A stretch of DNA of 64,000 bases from Leptogorgia sarmentosa (taxonomy: Eukaryota). The position numbers and the translations under genes were made by a program. The notes beneath the pieces were generated by a model. The model worked only from the letters and a program-made list of their open reading frames with translations. It ran no database searches and was not told where the DNA came from. Below, piece after piece: positions 1 through 10,716 of this stretch. Position 1 is the first letter of the stretch, and every line of letters begins with the position of its first letter. Where the stretch lies: contig OZ210885.1 in NCBI GenBank assembly GCA_964658305.1, positions 9,548,001 through 9,612,000 on the forward strand. Direction: 5' to 3'.

Positions 1-366
1 GAAATTAGCAAAACCATTGCTATTATAATAGCTCTATCCCTCTTACCCATTCTTTTGGTGTTTTCTGTATTTAAGCCTTTGTTGTCATGATTTTGCTTCT
101 CCAAAACAGTTTCCTAGAATTCTAAGCCAGAATATTTTCATTTCGTTGCATTTCAATTTCAATTTCGTTGCATTTCAGTTTCATAACCTTAATACAATAA
201 AAACGGGATTTCTTTCCGTTGATTTTGTAGATGGAAAACTTGTACATTGAATCTGTCACTTTAAACACTCACCCACCACCACCGAAAAGAGAACTTCCTG
301 TCATCGAGTTTTCCATAAAAAAATCATGTTTATATTCGAGGCCAAAATTTTAAAGACTTTGCATAA

Positions 367-448
367 CGTAGTCGGCAGGATTTGAACCTGCGCGGGAAAC
401 TCCCAACAGATTTCGAGACTGTCGCCTTAACCTTTCGGCCAAGACTAC
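367..448 (-). tRNA. TRNAS-CGA: tRNA-Ser(CGA)
   Basis: revcomp GTAGTCTTGGCCGA..acagt-CT CGA AA-tctgt..long variable arm..GGTTCAAATCCTGCCGACTACG; a few mismatches. Confidence 0.8.
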
Positions 449-946
449 GTAACCACAACCAACAGGTTTCGCGTTGTTAAACTAAACATTGACATCTACA
501 ACTGACCTACACTCTGAGCGCCATACTGTGAATAATATGTAGAATAGTGAGAAGTGGTTATACCGTTGCGTGGCGCTTGAGCCCAAGGTTGCTTGGGAAT
601 AAAATGGATTCTTTTGGGTGTTTCTTTCTTAATAATATACGTAAATGTTTAGGTCGACTGTGATTGGTTTATTTCAGTGCAGTTAATCCCAAATCATAGT
701 ATAATTTTGTGTAATCACAGTGCCATTTTCTGTTATCACTTGGAATCAATTAAATTAGAGCTCAAGCTACAGATTGCTTCAAAACAAAACAAACATGGCG
801 GACGCGCTAAACAAAGCAAAAATTGTCTTCGGATCGAAAATATAGCTTTTATCTTCTATCCACGTCCAACGGCAATAATAAACAGAACTTCAACGGTGAC
901 AATGCACGCAATGGTAATTACAATAATTTTTGCTGTATGAAACAGA

Positions 947-1018
947 TGCCGTGACCAGGATTCGAACCTGGGTTATAGCGGTAACAACGCAATGTACTAA
1001 CCACTATACGATCACGGC
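947..1018 (-). pseudogene. tRNA-His body with mutated anticodon loop (reads GTT)
   Basis: GCCGTGATCGTATAGTGG...TCACGGCA His body; loop TT GTT AC versus TT GTG GC in paralog 6692. Confidence 0.7.
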
Positions 1019-1133
1019 CACGTCGCTGCAAAATTGGAAAATGTTTTGGAAGGGCTGAGATATTACATTAATTAATCCCATATTTTTCTTCGTCAGTACA
1101 AATTATATTAGAGAACTTTTTGATACCATCAAT

Positions 1134-1205
1134 GGCTTGCTGGTCTAGTGGTATGATTCTCGCTTAGGGTGCGAGAGGTCACGGGTTCGATTCCCGTGCA
1201 AGCCC
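1134..1205 (+). tRNA. TRNAP-AGG: tRNA-Pro(AGG)
   Basis: GGCTTGCTGGTCTAGTGGTATGATT ctcgc-TT AGG GT-gcgag..GGTTCGATTCC..GCAAGCCC. Confidence 0.9.
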
Positions 1206-1327
1206 TAGTTAATTAACCATGTAAGACGTTCGCTTTTTTGAAAGCTTTGGTAAGTCCTTAGAAAACCCCGCGCAAAAAATTCCGTTACATTTACCGTCAC
1301 GACGTCTGAATAACATCACACCAAACA

Positions 1328-1450
1328 CGTCCCTGGTTGGACTCGAACCAACAACCTTTCGGTTAACAGCCGAACGCAGCCGAACGCAGCCGAACGCAGC
1401 CGAACGTAGCCGAACGAGCCGAACGCGCCAACCGATTGCGCCACAGAGAC
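1328..1450 (-). pseudogene. tRNA-Asn(GTT) with internal 10-bp tandem expansion
   Basis: Asn body as at 33228, but AGCCGAACGC occurs 6 times (1368-1426), adding 49 nt. Confidence 0.85.
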
Positions 1451-2026
1451 CTACTCCAGTGAAAACCTTCCGAAGAGAAATATAATTACACTCTAACACA
1501 CCGTGACCATTTTATGTCTAAACTACATGATTAAATACACAGAACAACTATTAGGAGGCGGGCATCTCGTGTTTATTACGCAGCATTGTGTTACAGCAGT
1601 TCAACGACTGATTTACTCATAAATCGTTTAATGAATAGGACAGTGGCGTAACAAGTGGGGGTGCTGTGGGGGGGCAAAGTCAAAATTTTCCCGACAAATT
1701 TAAGGTAAACCTTAAACCAGTTTTAAACCTTATACCAGTTTTTACCAATTAGCGGTCCTCGAAACTATAAATGGCCGATACATAACATATTCAATTGATA
1801 ATATTAATTGCGTCTATTAATATGACAATATTATATGCGTCCGATAATACTAATACATACTTTATTGAACAATTCCCAACATGTATTTTCAATGCCCATT
1901 GCAGTATACAATTTTATACAACAAAAATATCAATACCTATCTACGAAGTTCTAACCACAAAATTAAATAATGGTTATTGCATGCATTGATCAATAACGCA
2001 CTCACTTAAACAATAAACTAATAGAG

Positions 2027-4831
2027 TTAAAATTTGGCATGCCTTTTCTTCGATGTTGCAAAAGTGTCAATGATATCATCATATGGTAGATTTAGGGCAG
2101 CTTCTCGTTCAATGCTTAGAGTAGCTAAGGCGCTAAGTCGACTTGACTTCATCGTTGTCCGTAGGTAGGTCTTAATGAGTTTCATGCGACTAAATGAACG
2201 TTCCGCAGATGCACTTGATGAGGGAATAATTACACAAATTTGACAAAGTTTAAAGATATGTGGAAAAACGTTCTGAAGTTCAGATGCCACCAAAAACTTA
2301 AGAACTGCAACCGTAGTTTTAATAGCAGTTTTTGTGTTACTGTCAACAACCTTCCAAAATGATTGAAAACTTTTGAACTCACTCACGATATCAGTTTCAG
2401 TCTGAAAAAGCTCGTCATACTTTAAGAGAAGTTGATTAAAGCATTCCAAAGATTCTTCTCTGCCGATATTTTTGGGATGTAAACACGAAAATGGAAGAAC
2501 TGTCTCCCTGAAAGATTCAAATCTTTCATTCATGTCGTTCAACATTACGTCCAAAACAGCGAAATATGTCTCCACTTTGAAACTTTGAGATGGATCTGTT
2601 ATTACTTCATCTGATGCTAATTCATCAAACTGTCGTTTTTTTCTCCTTTGCCGTTTTCCTTGAAATTCTTGTACAGACTCGTGTTTTCCAGCAAAGGCTT
2701 TCGCAATGTCTAGAAAACCTGTGTACTCTTCGTCACTTCTCATTTTTTTAATATCTTTTGATGTACTCTGAACGAGTTCGGATGCTCTCACTATGTCCAT
2801 TCCTTCCTCTTGTAGGTATTTTGATAAAATTTTCACTTTTTTAAGCAGAGCACTCCAAAAGTGGAGCATTATTACGAATTCAAATTGTGATATGGCAGTA
2901 TGCAATCCTTCCGCAACAGAACAAGTTTCTGCATTGGGATCATTTTCAGATAAATATTCCAACGTATCTTTAATAGCTGGGTAAAGTTTAATTACTGACT
3001 TAACAGCATCATTTCTTGACGCCCATCGAGTATCGCTGAGTTGTTTAACTTTCAATTTGTTTCCCCTTTTTGAAAAGATTTTCATTTCCTCTGCTTTCTT
3101 CTCTATTACATCTGTGCGATTATGGCTGCCTGTTATAAATGTGTAGACTCGTTCTAATGTACCAAAAAATTTCTTAACCTCGACACAAGTTGCGGCAGCG
3201 TCAACCAAAACTAAATTTAAGTTATGCGCACAACAGTGGACATAAACAGCGTATTTTGCCTTTTCTTTAATATGTGCCTGGAGACCGTTCAATCGCCCAT
3301 TCATATTAGCTGCCCCGTCATAAGATTGTCCACAGCAAGTTGCGATATCAATGCCATGTTTCTCTAATATTTCGGACACAAGCTTCGAAAGTTGCTCTCC
3401 TGTTCCACGTTCATCTAAACGTTGAAAACCTAGGAATCTCTCCTCCACATCACCAGACGTAGAAACGTACCTCACGTTCATAGATACTTGATCAGTGTGC
3501 TCTTTATCTGTAGCCGAGTCAATAATTAGCGAAAATAGCCCACAGTCATTCAGTTCTTTAACGATTTGACGAGTAACTGAAGAGGCCAATGTTTCTAAAA
3601 TCTCGTTTTGGACTTTGGGGCTTAGGTACTTGGGTTTGCCAGATTCACTTGACTGATAGAGATGGCGCTCCAAAATGCTGTCATACTTCGCTAGTAATTT
3701 CAATAATTCTAAGAAGTTCCCTTCGTTTGCTGAATTTTTTGCTCCGAGCCCTGCATACTCCCTGTGTCCTCTTATACCAATGTTTTGAGTAGCACAAAAT
3801 AGCAACCCGTCGATAATTCGTTTTAGAATGTTTCTGTTATGTTCAACTTGACGCTTATAGGCAGTATGTTGCTCTCCAACAACTGTTTTTTCTTGTTTCA
3901 ACCGGTATTTACAAATCACGTAAGCTTTCATGGCATCAATGTGGCAACGTGATTGCTCATGGGATAGGATTTTTTCTTTTCCTTTTTTGAAATTTGTGCA
4001 ACCTTTCCTTGGATTACACCATACATCTTCGAAATTTTGTGAATGTGGATTAGCAAAAAGTATGCAAGAAAAACAAAACATAGCATCCTTTTCTACAGAA
4101 TAACTCAGCCATTCACGGTAAGATTTTATTTCCCCAAAACGGGACGCTTCTTTCTCGTAATACCATTCTGGGTTAAACCGACGCCCACGTTGATCGGCTG
4201 GGAATTTAAAATTTTCTTTGATACCAGGCTGACATGGCCCAACAGCGACAACCTCGGCGATAAACTTGGGCGTTAAACTCTTACCCAGAAAAACAACTGG
4301 GTCAGTAGCCCATTTCTTCGTTTTATCAAGCAATCTCGTATCAATGATTTCCGTTCGGTCTTGGCAGAAATTTGATGGGTTGGAGCAAGGAGGTGAGTCA
4401 TCAAACGAGCCTGGCTGACCGGCTTTACCGATAGGCAATTCATTTTTGCTATTTGGAGATCGCTTTTCATTGCTTTCAGCTTCACCTTGGTCCTGGGAGG
4501 AGCACGAAGATACGTTTACAGGCGGGACAGGTTGAGCGGTTTTACTTGCATCAAGAGCAAGTTGTTGTGCGTTTTTTAATTGGCTTACAGCACCATCATA
4601 TATTGCTTCAGTATCATGTTTGTCAGTAAGCGAAGACTGCGCAGAGGAACATTTAGACCCTTCACCAGAGATTAGAGGTAGATCGAGATCAGTAATTTGC
4701 ATATCGCTGTTTTGAGTGTTACTGTCCTGGTGCACATGCGCCATCACCATTGTCGGCGATCCAGGTGAATTTTCAATTTCGAGATCAGATACAGATTCAT
4801 CAGAAGTTTTGGCTGCAGCCATCTGAGATCC
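2027..4831 (-). CDS. hAT transposase, main exon (TTF-type zinc finger, DUF4371-like region, DDE RNase H fold, C-terminal dimerization domain)
   Basis: Open frame 2027-4900 with WLSYS..FCFSC..H..H, IIDSATD, SYDGAANM, HCCAHNLNL, DTRWASR, SASAERSFS, RLSALATLSIE; acceptor ttcgtacAG before 4831, phase 0. Confidence 0.92.
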   Translation of the reverse strand, partial: GSQMAAAKTSDESVSDLEIENSPGSPTMVMAHVHQDSNTQNSDMQITDLDLPLISGEGSKCSSAQSSLTDKHDTEAIYDGAVSQLKNAQQLALDASKTAQPVPPVNVSSCSSQDQGEAESNEKRSPNSKNELPIGKAGQPGSFDDSPPCSNPSNFCQDRTEIIDTRLLDKTKKWATDPVVFLGKSLTPKFIAEVVAVGPCQPGIKENFKFPADQRGRRFNPEWYYEKEASRFGEIKSYREWLSYSVEKDAMFCFSCILFANPHSQNFEDVWCNPRKGCTNFKKGKEKILSHEQSRCHIDAMKAYVICKYRLKQEKTVVGEQHTAYKRQVEHNRNILKRIIDGLLFCATQNIGIRGHREYAGLGAKNSANEGNFLELLKLLAKYDSILERHLYQSSESGKPKYLSPKVQNEILETLASSVTRQIVKELNDCGLFSLIIDSATDKEHTDQVSMNVRYVSTSGDVEERFLGFQRLDERGTGEQLSKLVSEILEKHGIDIATCCGQSYDGAANMNGRLNGLQAHIKEKAKYAVYVHCCAHNLNLVLVDAAATCVEVKKFFGTLERVYTFITGSHNRTDVIEKKAEEMKIFSKRGNKLKVKQLSDTRWASRNDAVKSVIKLYPAIKDTLEYLSENDPNAETCSVAEGLHTAISQFEFVIMLHFWSALLKKVKILSKYLQEEGMDIVRASELVQSTSKDIKKMRSDEEYTGFLDIAKAFAGKHESVQEFQGKRQRRKKRQFDELASDEVITDPSQSFKVETYFAVLDVMLNDMNERFESFRETVLPFSCLHPKNIGREESLECFNQLLLKYDELFQTETDIVSEFKSFQSFWKVVDSNTKTAIKTTVAVLKFLVASELQNVFPHIFKLCQICVIIPSSSASAERSFSRMKLIKTYLRTTMKSSRLSALATLSIEREAALNLPYDDIIDTFATSKKRHAKF

Positions 4832-4906
4832 CTGTACGAACGCAATGTACCAACCAATCAAAATCAGCGATATTTTGAAACGTGTAAACAATAGGGCCAT
4901 TTATAC

Positions 4907-5143
4907 GAGGAAGAATAAGCCGCGGCTTAAACAGGCCGCGGCTAAAATAAGTCACGAACGTAACCGTTTAAACGCACAATTTCTTCGCGACTAAAATAAG
5001 CCGCGGCAAATTTAAGACGAGGCAGGAACCCTGGGCTAAAATTAGCCGCGGCTTATTTTAGTCGCGAAGAAATTGTGCGTTTATACAGACGTTCGCGACT
5101 TATTTTAGCCGCGGCCTATTTAAGCCGCGGCTTATTCTTCCTC
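4907..5143. mobile_element. Palindromic (fold-back) MITE-like insert in the transposase intron
   Basis: GAGGAAGAATAAGCCGCGGCTTAAA... versus ...TTTAAGCCGCGGCTTATTCTTCCTC; ~100-bp arms with repeated GCCGCGGC. Confidence 0.8.
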
Positions 5144-5557
5144 CTATGAGGCCTTTGACCTTTCTACTCGCGCAAACATCGAAACGGCATGTAACGTATC
5201 AAATTTCATTTCGTTCTCGACACGATCGCGTGGGGAGAAAATTAACTGCATATTATTAACGTTTATCAAACAATTGTTAACTACCTTTAAAACAACTTCG
5301 AAACTTCGACCTTTACCTTTCCACAAACGATGGCAGATTGCCAAAATATCTGCTGCGCAGCCAGCGCAGGCATTGTCTTAAGATAATACAATACTATTTT
5401 ATTTATTTCGTCTAGCCAAATACTATGAAATGACTGGTTTAGTGGTTGTCTCGCATTTCTCCCGCTAAACGCAACTGACATGTACATTATTAATTATAAT
5501 ACGAACGTAATATTTTCCAAATCATCGATAGCAGGTCAAAAAAATCCAGTGACTTAC

Positions 5558-5797
5558 CTTTAACTTTAACAATGAAACTGTTGCGACACTGGCAGCAACT
5601 GCAAAAGGATTAGCTGGTGCGCCAGCAACTTGGTACCGGATTTGTTGGCGATTTGAAACCATAGCTTTGTGGTACTTTAAGTTATGTTCTTTGCGATAAT
5701 CGTCATCAAATATTCGATCACAGACAAGACACTGAAGCTTCTGACGTTTCCTTGAACAATTTGCCTTTGGGACTGAGTAAGGAAGACGCTTTGACAT
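5558..5797 (-). CDS. Predicted first exon of the hAT transposase (80 aa, C2H2-like zinc finger)
   Basis: MSKRLPY..CLVCDRIFDDDYRKEHNLKYH..LKLK then AAG|GTAAGT donor, phase 0, compatible with acceptor at 4831. Confidence 0.7.
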
Positions 5798-6691
5798 GTC
5801 ACATGTTTGTCTCTATATCTATAAGTGTCTATTCTTCAAAAATTCTAGTAATTCTTCTCAATACAAACGAAACAAAAGAAACATGAGCACACTGACCAGG
5901 ATGGTCAGCGTACCGATAAGTTATGCAATATGATATGAGTACAACATGTAAGCTATAATTATATAAGGGCCAACCCCCCCAATATGTTAACAGATATTTT
6001 GTAGACAATTGCCTACAGCAATTATATTTTCGTCTCATTCTTTTCGATTTACTTTATTGTGGATTGTGGAACGTCTCACAGTCCTACAATTTTTTTAAAG
6101 CAGGTTTCAAATTCATTTTCCCGACAGACAGAATTTGAACAAATTTCCCGACAATTTTTTCTGTGGGGGGGCGGCTCGCCCCCCCTGCCCCCCCGGTTGT
6201 TACGCCACTGGAATAGGACGAAGTTCCTTTAATTTTCAGGTCCTTCTTCTGTTCTCTTCTGGTCCTTTCTTGTTTTCCTTCCTTTTCTAATTTTTCTGGC
6301 TTCCTCCGGCAAGGTATCTAAATGGCCTAAAAACATTAAAAAGTCGTCCCGGCAAAGCCTGGTTCAGAACGCTCTAGAACGGGTTTAAAACAGAAAATTC
6401 AACCGCTTGAGTTGAGGAGATGCCTTCGAATGCTGAAAATCACTTACCACACCCTTAAATACTTGCGTATTGTCCCTTATAATCCTCTCCTATTGTTCCT
6501 TTACAATGCCATACATGCACAGGCATTCGACCATTACGTACCGCCACAAAATACATAAATAATGGTATTTTTGGTCAAAATCTGATTTTTTGCCAAGGCG
6601 ACATCCAACGGCAATAATAATAATAAACAGAACTTCAACGGTGACGATATTCGTAATCGTAATTACAATACTTTTGGCTGAATGAAACAGA

Positions 6692-6763
6692 TGCCGTGAC
6701 CAGGATTCGAACCTGGGTTATTGCGGCCACAACGCAATGTTCTAACCACTATACGATCACGGC
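6692..6763 (-). tRNA. TRNAH-GUG: tRNA-His(GTG)
   Basis: ttgcg-TT GTG GC-cgcaa anticodon arm, intact A/B boxes. Confidence 0.85.
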
Positions 6764-6870
6764 GACTTCGCTGCAAGATTGGGAAATGTTTTAGAACGGC
6801 TGAGATATTACAATCCCCCATTTTTCTCCGTCAGTACAAAGTACATGAGAAAACTTTTGTTACCATCAAT

Positions 6871-6942
6871 GGCTTGCTGCTCTAGTGGTATGATTCTCGC
6901 ATTCGGTGCGAGAGGTCACGGGTTCGATTCCCGTGCAAGCCC
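6871..6942 (+). pseudogene. tRNA-Pro body with altered loop (AT TCG GT)
   Basis: Paralog of 1134 with A-box change and anticodon position reading TCG. Confidence 0.7.
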
Positions 6943-7168
6943 TAGTTAATTAACACATTGCGAATTTTCAATGGTCATTGGAAATACTGTGTTTATGTTA
7001 TCTTTGTATTATCTTGTCAATGCTTGGGAGGGTTAAATTTAGGGATTGCTGTACAGTTTCTAACACTGCAAGGAGCCCAGTTTAAATCTGGCTAGGACCT
7101 GCATCTCCATGAATTTGTTTCAAATTTCTCCAGAATTTTGTCTCTGTTTTTTAATTTTGTACCAATTC

Positions 7169-7241
7169 GTTTCTGTAGTGTAGTGGTTATCACGTGCGCC
7201 TCACACGCGCAAGGTCCCCACTTCAATCCTGGGCAGAAACA
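7169..7241 (+). tRNA. TRNAV-CAC: tRNA-Val(CAC), degenerate T arm
   Basis: GTTTCTGTAGTGTAGTGG..tgcgc-CT CAC AC-gcgca; B box altered. Confidence 0.6.
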
Positions 7242-7669
7242 AGGAATCATTAATTCAGCGACTGAGGGCGGTTTTTACTTGGAAATAATTATTTTGGAAC
7301 CACGAAATGGCACCACAAATTTCGCATAATGAATTTCGACGGTGAATTTGAGGGATTGTTATACATTTCGTGTAGTGCACTGGTTACTGCATGCGTATCA
7401 CACTGGAAGGAACACAGTTTAAATCTGGCTTGGACCTGCATGGCCTCTAACTTGCTTCATATTTTTTGTTGCATCGATTCACATCTCCCAGACTTTGTCT
7501 CTGTTTTGTAATTTTCTTCCAATTCGTAATTTTTAATTAAATTATCAAGTTCACCTTCACATTGATTTTGTTCTTGGATCAATTTGTTTCAATTAATTCT
7601 GAATTGCCAAATGAATTGTGGAAGAGAAAGGTAATGCAATTCGCTGCATTATAAAAAAACTAAATTAAC

Positions 7670-7741
7670 AGGCTCTGCCGAGACTTGAACTCGGATCGCT
7701 GGATTCAAAGTCCAAAGTGCTAACCATTACACCACAGAACC
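7670..7741 (-). tRNA. TRNAQ-UUG: tRNA-Gln(TTG)
   Basis: revcomp GGTTCTGTGGTGTAATGG..CT TTG AA..GAGTTCAAGTCTC. Confidence 0.88.
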
Positions 7742-7842
7742 TTAACACGATCATGACAATGTTTCCCAATTGTTTCACGTTCCTTCCTTTTCCTTTTGCC
7801 AAATAGCTACATTCTAGAAAAAATATTGAAAATTTGCCTTTC

Positions 7843-7924
7843 CGTAGTCGACAGGATTTGAACCTGCGCGGGAATTTCCCAACAGATTTCAAGTCTGTCG
7901 CCTTAACCACTCGGCCACGACTAC
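7843..7924 (-). tRNA. TRNAS-UGA: tRNA-Ser(TGA)
   Basis: acaga-CT TGA AA-tctgt, long variable arm. Confidence 0.88.
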
Positions 7925-8155
7925 ATTTACATTAGTGTTGGCTTGCACTTCGAACTGAATATATTAAATCTTCAATCTGGCAGTAAAATCCAACAAAATA
8001 TTTTAGTAAAATATTTTATATTTTATTTCAGCAGGACTAATCGTTTTCAAGTATTAGTGGATATATTTAACACGAATCTTAGTATGTGGGTCGTATATTT
8101 CCCTTCAGGCCCCTTTATTGAATTTGAAAGTTTTCCAGTTAATAGCTAAGATAAA

Positions 8156-8241
8156 AAGGAGCGGGCGGGTTTGAGCAGGCGGGTTTGAACCACCAACCTC
8201 TCGATCTGCAGTCGAATGTTCTACCACTGAGCTACACTCCC
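8156..8241 (-). pseudogene. tRNA-Cys(GCA) with ~14-nt duplication in T arm/acceptor
   Basis: GAGCGGGCGGGTTT repeated; anticodon CT GCA GA. Confidence 0.75.
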
Positions 8242-8544
8242 TGCGTACTCGACTAGGTTAATTACGTACATATACTTTCAAACACAGCTATGATCAATTC
8301 ACGGACCTTTGTTTTTCAAATTTACATTCAAATACAAATTTTTTTCTGTCATGTTTCAAATTAACCTTAATTAAAAAAAAACGCGACTTCTTTCCGTTGA
8401 TTTTGTGGATGGAAAACGTGGACCTTGAATCCGTGCTTTATACAATCAGCCACCACCACCGAGAACAGAACTTCCTCTCCTAGAGTTTTTTCCCAAAAAA
8501 ATTTTGTTTACATTCGAGGCCAAAATGTTGAAGACTTTGCATGA

Positions 8545-8626
8545 CGTAGTCGGCAGGATTTGAACCTGCGCGGGAAACTCCCAACAGATTTCGAGACTGT
8601 CGCCTTAACCGCTCGGCCAAGACTAC
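8545..8626 (-). tRNA. TRNAS-CGA: tRNA-Ser(CGA)
   Basis: Paralog of 367. Confidence 0.82.
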
Positions 8627-9013
8627 GTTGCTACAATCAACAAGTTTCGCGTTGTTGAACTAAACATTCACATCTAAAACTGACGTACACTCTGAGGTGA
8701 CCGCGTAGGACGTACAATCACTTTTAGATGTGTTGGGACAGATTCCCCAAATACGCATCATTTTCTGAATCGTCAATCCCCCTTGCCCCTAATGCAATTT
8801 TGTGTTATAGTTGCCACTTGGTTCTTACGTACAATCATTTATGTTTTGGAAAAACAACATAGAATGGGGTGGGGAAGGGGTGTTATTATGGCTTTCAATT
8901 ATTCGCACAATGCCACTGATGTCCTAAGACCACTTGTGTCCCAACTACTTATGAATATGATTGTAGGCCCAAGGTTGCTTGGGAATAACATGGATGAAAA
9001 AATGAAAATAATC

Positions 9014-9084
9014 TGCGTTAGCGGGGAATCGAACCCCGGTCTCCCTCGTGGCAGGCGATTATTCTACCACTGAACCACCAACGC
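9014..9084 (-). tRNA. TRNAG-GCC: tRNA-Gly(GCC), anticodon-stem mismatches
   Basis: GCGTTGGTGGTTCAGTGG..CT GCC AC..GGTTCGATTCC. Confidence 0.65.
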
Positions 9085-9373
9085 AAAGTTGCCCAACTTT
9101 TTCGTTATAATGTTCATATTCCACAAGATTCCGAACATTTTCACCAAACACTTTCAAATGATAGATAAGAGTATGTTTTAGGAAATTGTTACACTTTAAA
9201 CATGATCGGCAAAATCAATTTTTTTGTGGAAAAGCAAGCTATATATCATGTCAACAAAGGTTTAAATACAGAAAACACCAAAAGAATGGGTAAGAGGGAT
9301 AGAGCTAGTATAATAGCAATGGTTTTGCTAATTTCTCGAATTGCACATTTTTTTCCTTCTCTCGCAAGTATTA

Positions 9374-9445
9374 TTCCCATGCCGGGAATCGAACCCGGGC
9401 ATTGGCGGTGAGAGCGCCAGATCCTGACCACTGCACTACATGGGA
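9374..9445 (-). tRNA. TRNAE-CUC: tRNA-Glu(CTC)
   Basis: TCCCATGTAG..tggcg-CT CTC AC-cgcca..CATGGGAA. Confidence 0.8.
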
Positions 9446-9541
9446 GAAACATTTATCTTTTCTCGGAATGTGGAAATAACGATAATATTTTTAATTTGAA
9501 TTTCGAAGAAAATTTCGAGAGACAGCGTGGCCAGAAGTGCT

Positions 9542-9614
9542 TGACCTTGAAGTGAATTGAACACTTAACCTTCTGATCTGAAGTCAGACGCGCTACCAAT
9601 TGCGCCACAAGGTC
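9542..9614 (-). tRNA. tRNA-Trp body with TCA anticodon (candidate opal suppressor)
   Basis: Identical to Trp(CCA) at 14718 except loop CT TCA GA (single change at 9581). Confidence 0.85.
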
Positions 9615-9856
9615 GCAGCGCTGTTAAAATGGTTTGGTTTCAGAGAACGAGTTTGAGAATGTGAACAGAATCAGCTTCATTTATTGATTGCCACGCTCAT
9701 GTGTCCACTTTTACAACATTTTGTCTATTTTTACAACTTTGAAAAATCATTATGCAATCGAGAAAGTTATCGGAATTTCGTACAACTGGCCTCTGATTCT
9801 ATCGGCAATTAATGCCGTAATTGGATTTATATTCTGAGTTTCAAAGGGTAGAATTT

Positions 9857-9929
9857 GCCTCATTAGCTCAGTGGTTAGAGCACTGGTCTTGTGAACCAGG
9901 GGTCCAGAGTTCAAATCTCTGAAGAGGTT
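9857..9929 (+). tRNA. TRNAT-UGU: tRNA-Thr(TGT)
   Basis: GCCTCATTAGCTCAGTGG..ctggt-CT TGT GA-accag; acceptor mismatches. Confidence 0.72.
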
Positions 9930-10170
9930 CAAAAATATCGTTATCAAGAAGTTAGTTTTGAGAATGCGAAATAATCTTAAAGTGGAACTGAGAGCACCGC
10001 TTAATAGCTTGAAATATATTCGATTTGATAAATCAATCAAAGAATAAATGGTAACGTTTTACAAAGAATGAAAACAAGTGCATAATCTTCACTCTTATTT
10101 TTACCATTTTGAAACATCACATCAGTGCAGGATGGGAAAGTAATATAATTCTACAGCAAGCTTTCGAGAA

Positions 10171-10243
10171 GCCTCATTAGCTCAGTGGTTAGAGCACTGG
10201 TCTAGTAAACCAGGGGTCCAGAGTTCAAATCTCTGATGAGGCT
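10171..10243 (+). tRNA. TRNAT-AGU: tRNA-Thr(AGT)
   Basis: Full cloverleaf, loop CT AGT AA, T-rich terminator downstream. Confidence 0.9.
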
Positions 10244-10393
10244 TTATTTTCTTCGAAAACATTGAAGGACGTGGAAAACAAACGCCCAGATTGTATTCTA
10301 TGTGCCGTTCAGTGATTTAAAACCTGATGAAATAAAAAAGCTATTCGAAGAGTACTATGTTGGAAAAGAATGATATGAGGATTTTAACATGTC

Positions 10394-10495
10394 GCCTCAT
10401 TAGCTCAGGGGAAAGAGCACTGGTTTCGTTAGCTCAGGGGTTAAAGCACTGGTTTCGTAGACCCGGGGTCCAGAGTTCAATTGTCTGATGAGGCT
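10394..10495 (+). pseudogene. tRNA-Thr(CGT) with 29-nt internal duplication
   Basis: TTAGCTCAGGGG..GCACTGGTTTCG twice (10400-10457). Confidence 0.8.
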
Positions 10496-10716
10496 GTGTG
10501 AATAAGTGTTCATTGTGAATAAGAATTCATCCATTTCCGTATGGGTTATTCGTTACAACGTATGCATTCAATTCTCTAGATTGTATGAGGAGTCTCACCT
10601 GAAACAAAATTTTTGAAGTGAGTTTATTTCATGAAAAACACGCGATAATACGGGAAATTAAGTTTAGTTAACTTCGTAATTGGATTTATATTCTGAGTTT
10701 CAGTAGGGAAGAAGTT

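Larger units (their letters stand above)
1641..6210 (-). mobile_element. Autonomous hAT DNA transposon (Tip100/Zaphod/ZMYM1-like group)
   Basis: TIR CAGTGGCGTAACAA (1641-1654) / TTGTTACGCCACTG (6197-6210); perfect 8-bp TSD GAATAGGA (1633-1640, 6211-6218); subterminal TTTCCCGACA repeats; long transposase ORF inside. Confidence 0.95.

Noticed and set aside
4832..4900. Hydrophobic N-terminus of the 957-aa ORF as a signal peptide
   Set aside because: Lies upstream of an in-phase splice acceptor and begins at the MITE edge; most likely intron read-through
7366..7436. Val-like ghost sequence (also about 36549-36620 and 47190-47258)
   Set aside because: Too degenerate to fold or assign an anticodon; treated as old spacer
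9542..9614. tRNA-Sec interpretation of the TCA anticodon
   Set aside because: 73-nt Trp body with short variable loop; lacks the Sec extended acceptor and long variable arm
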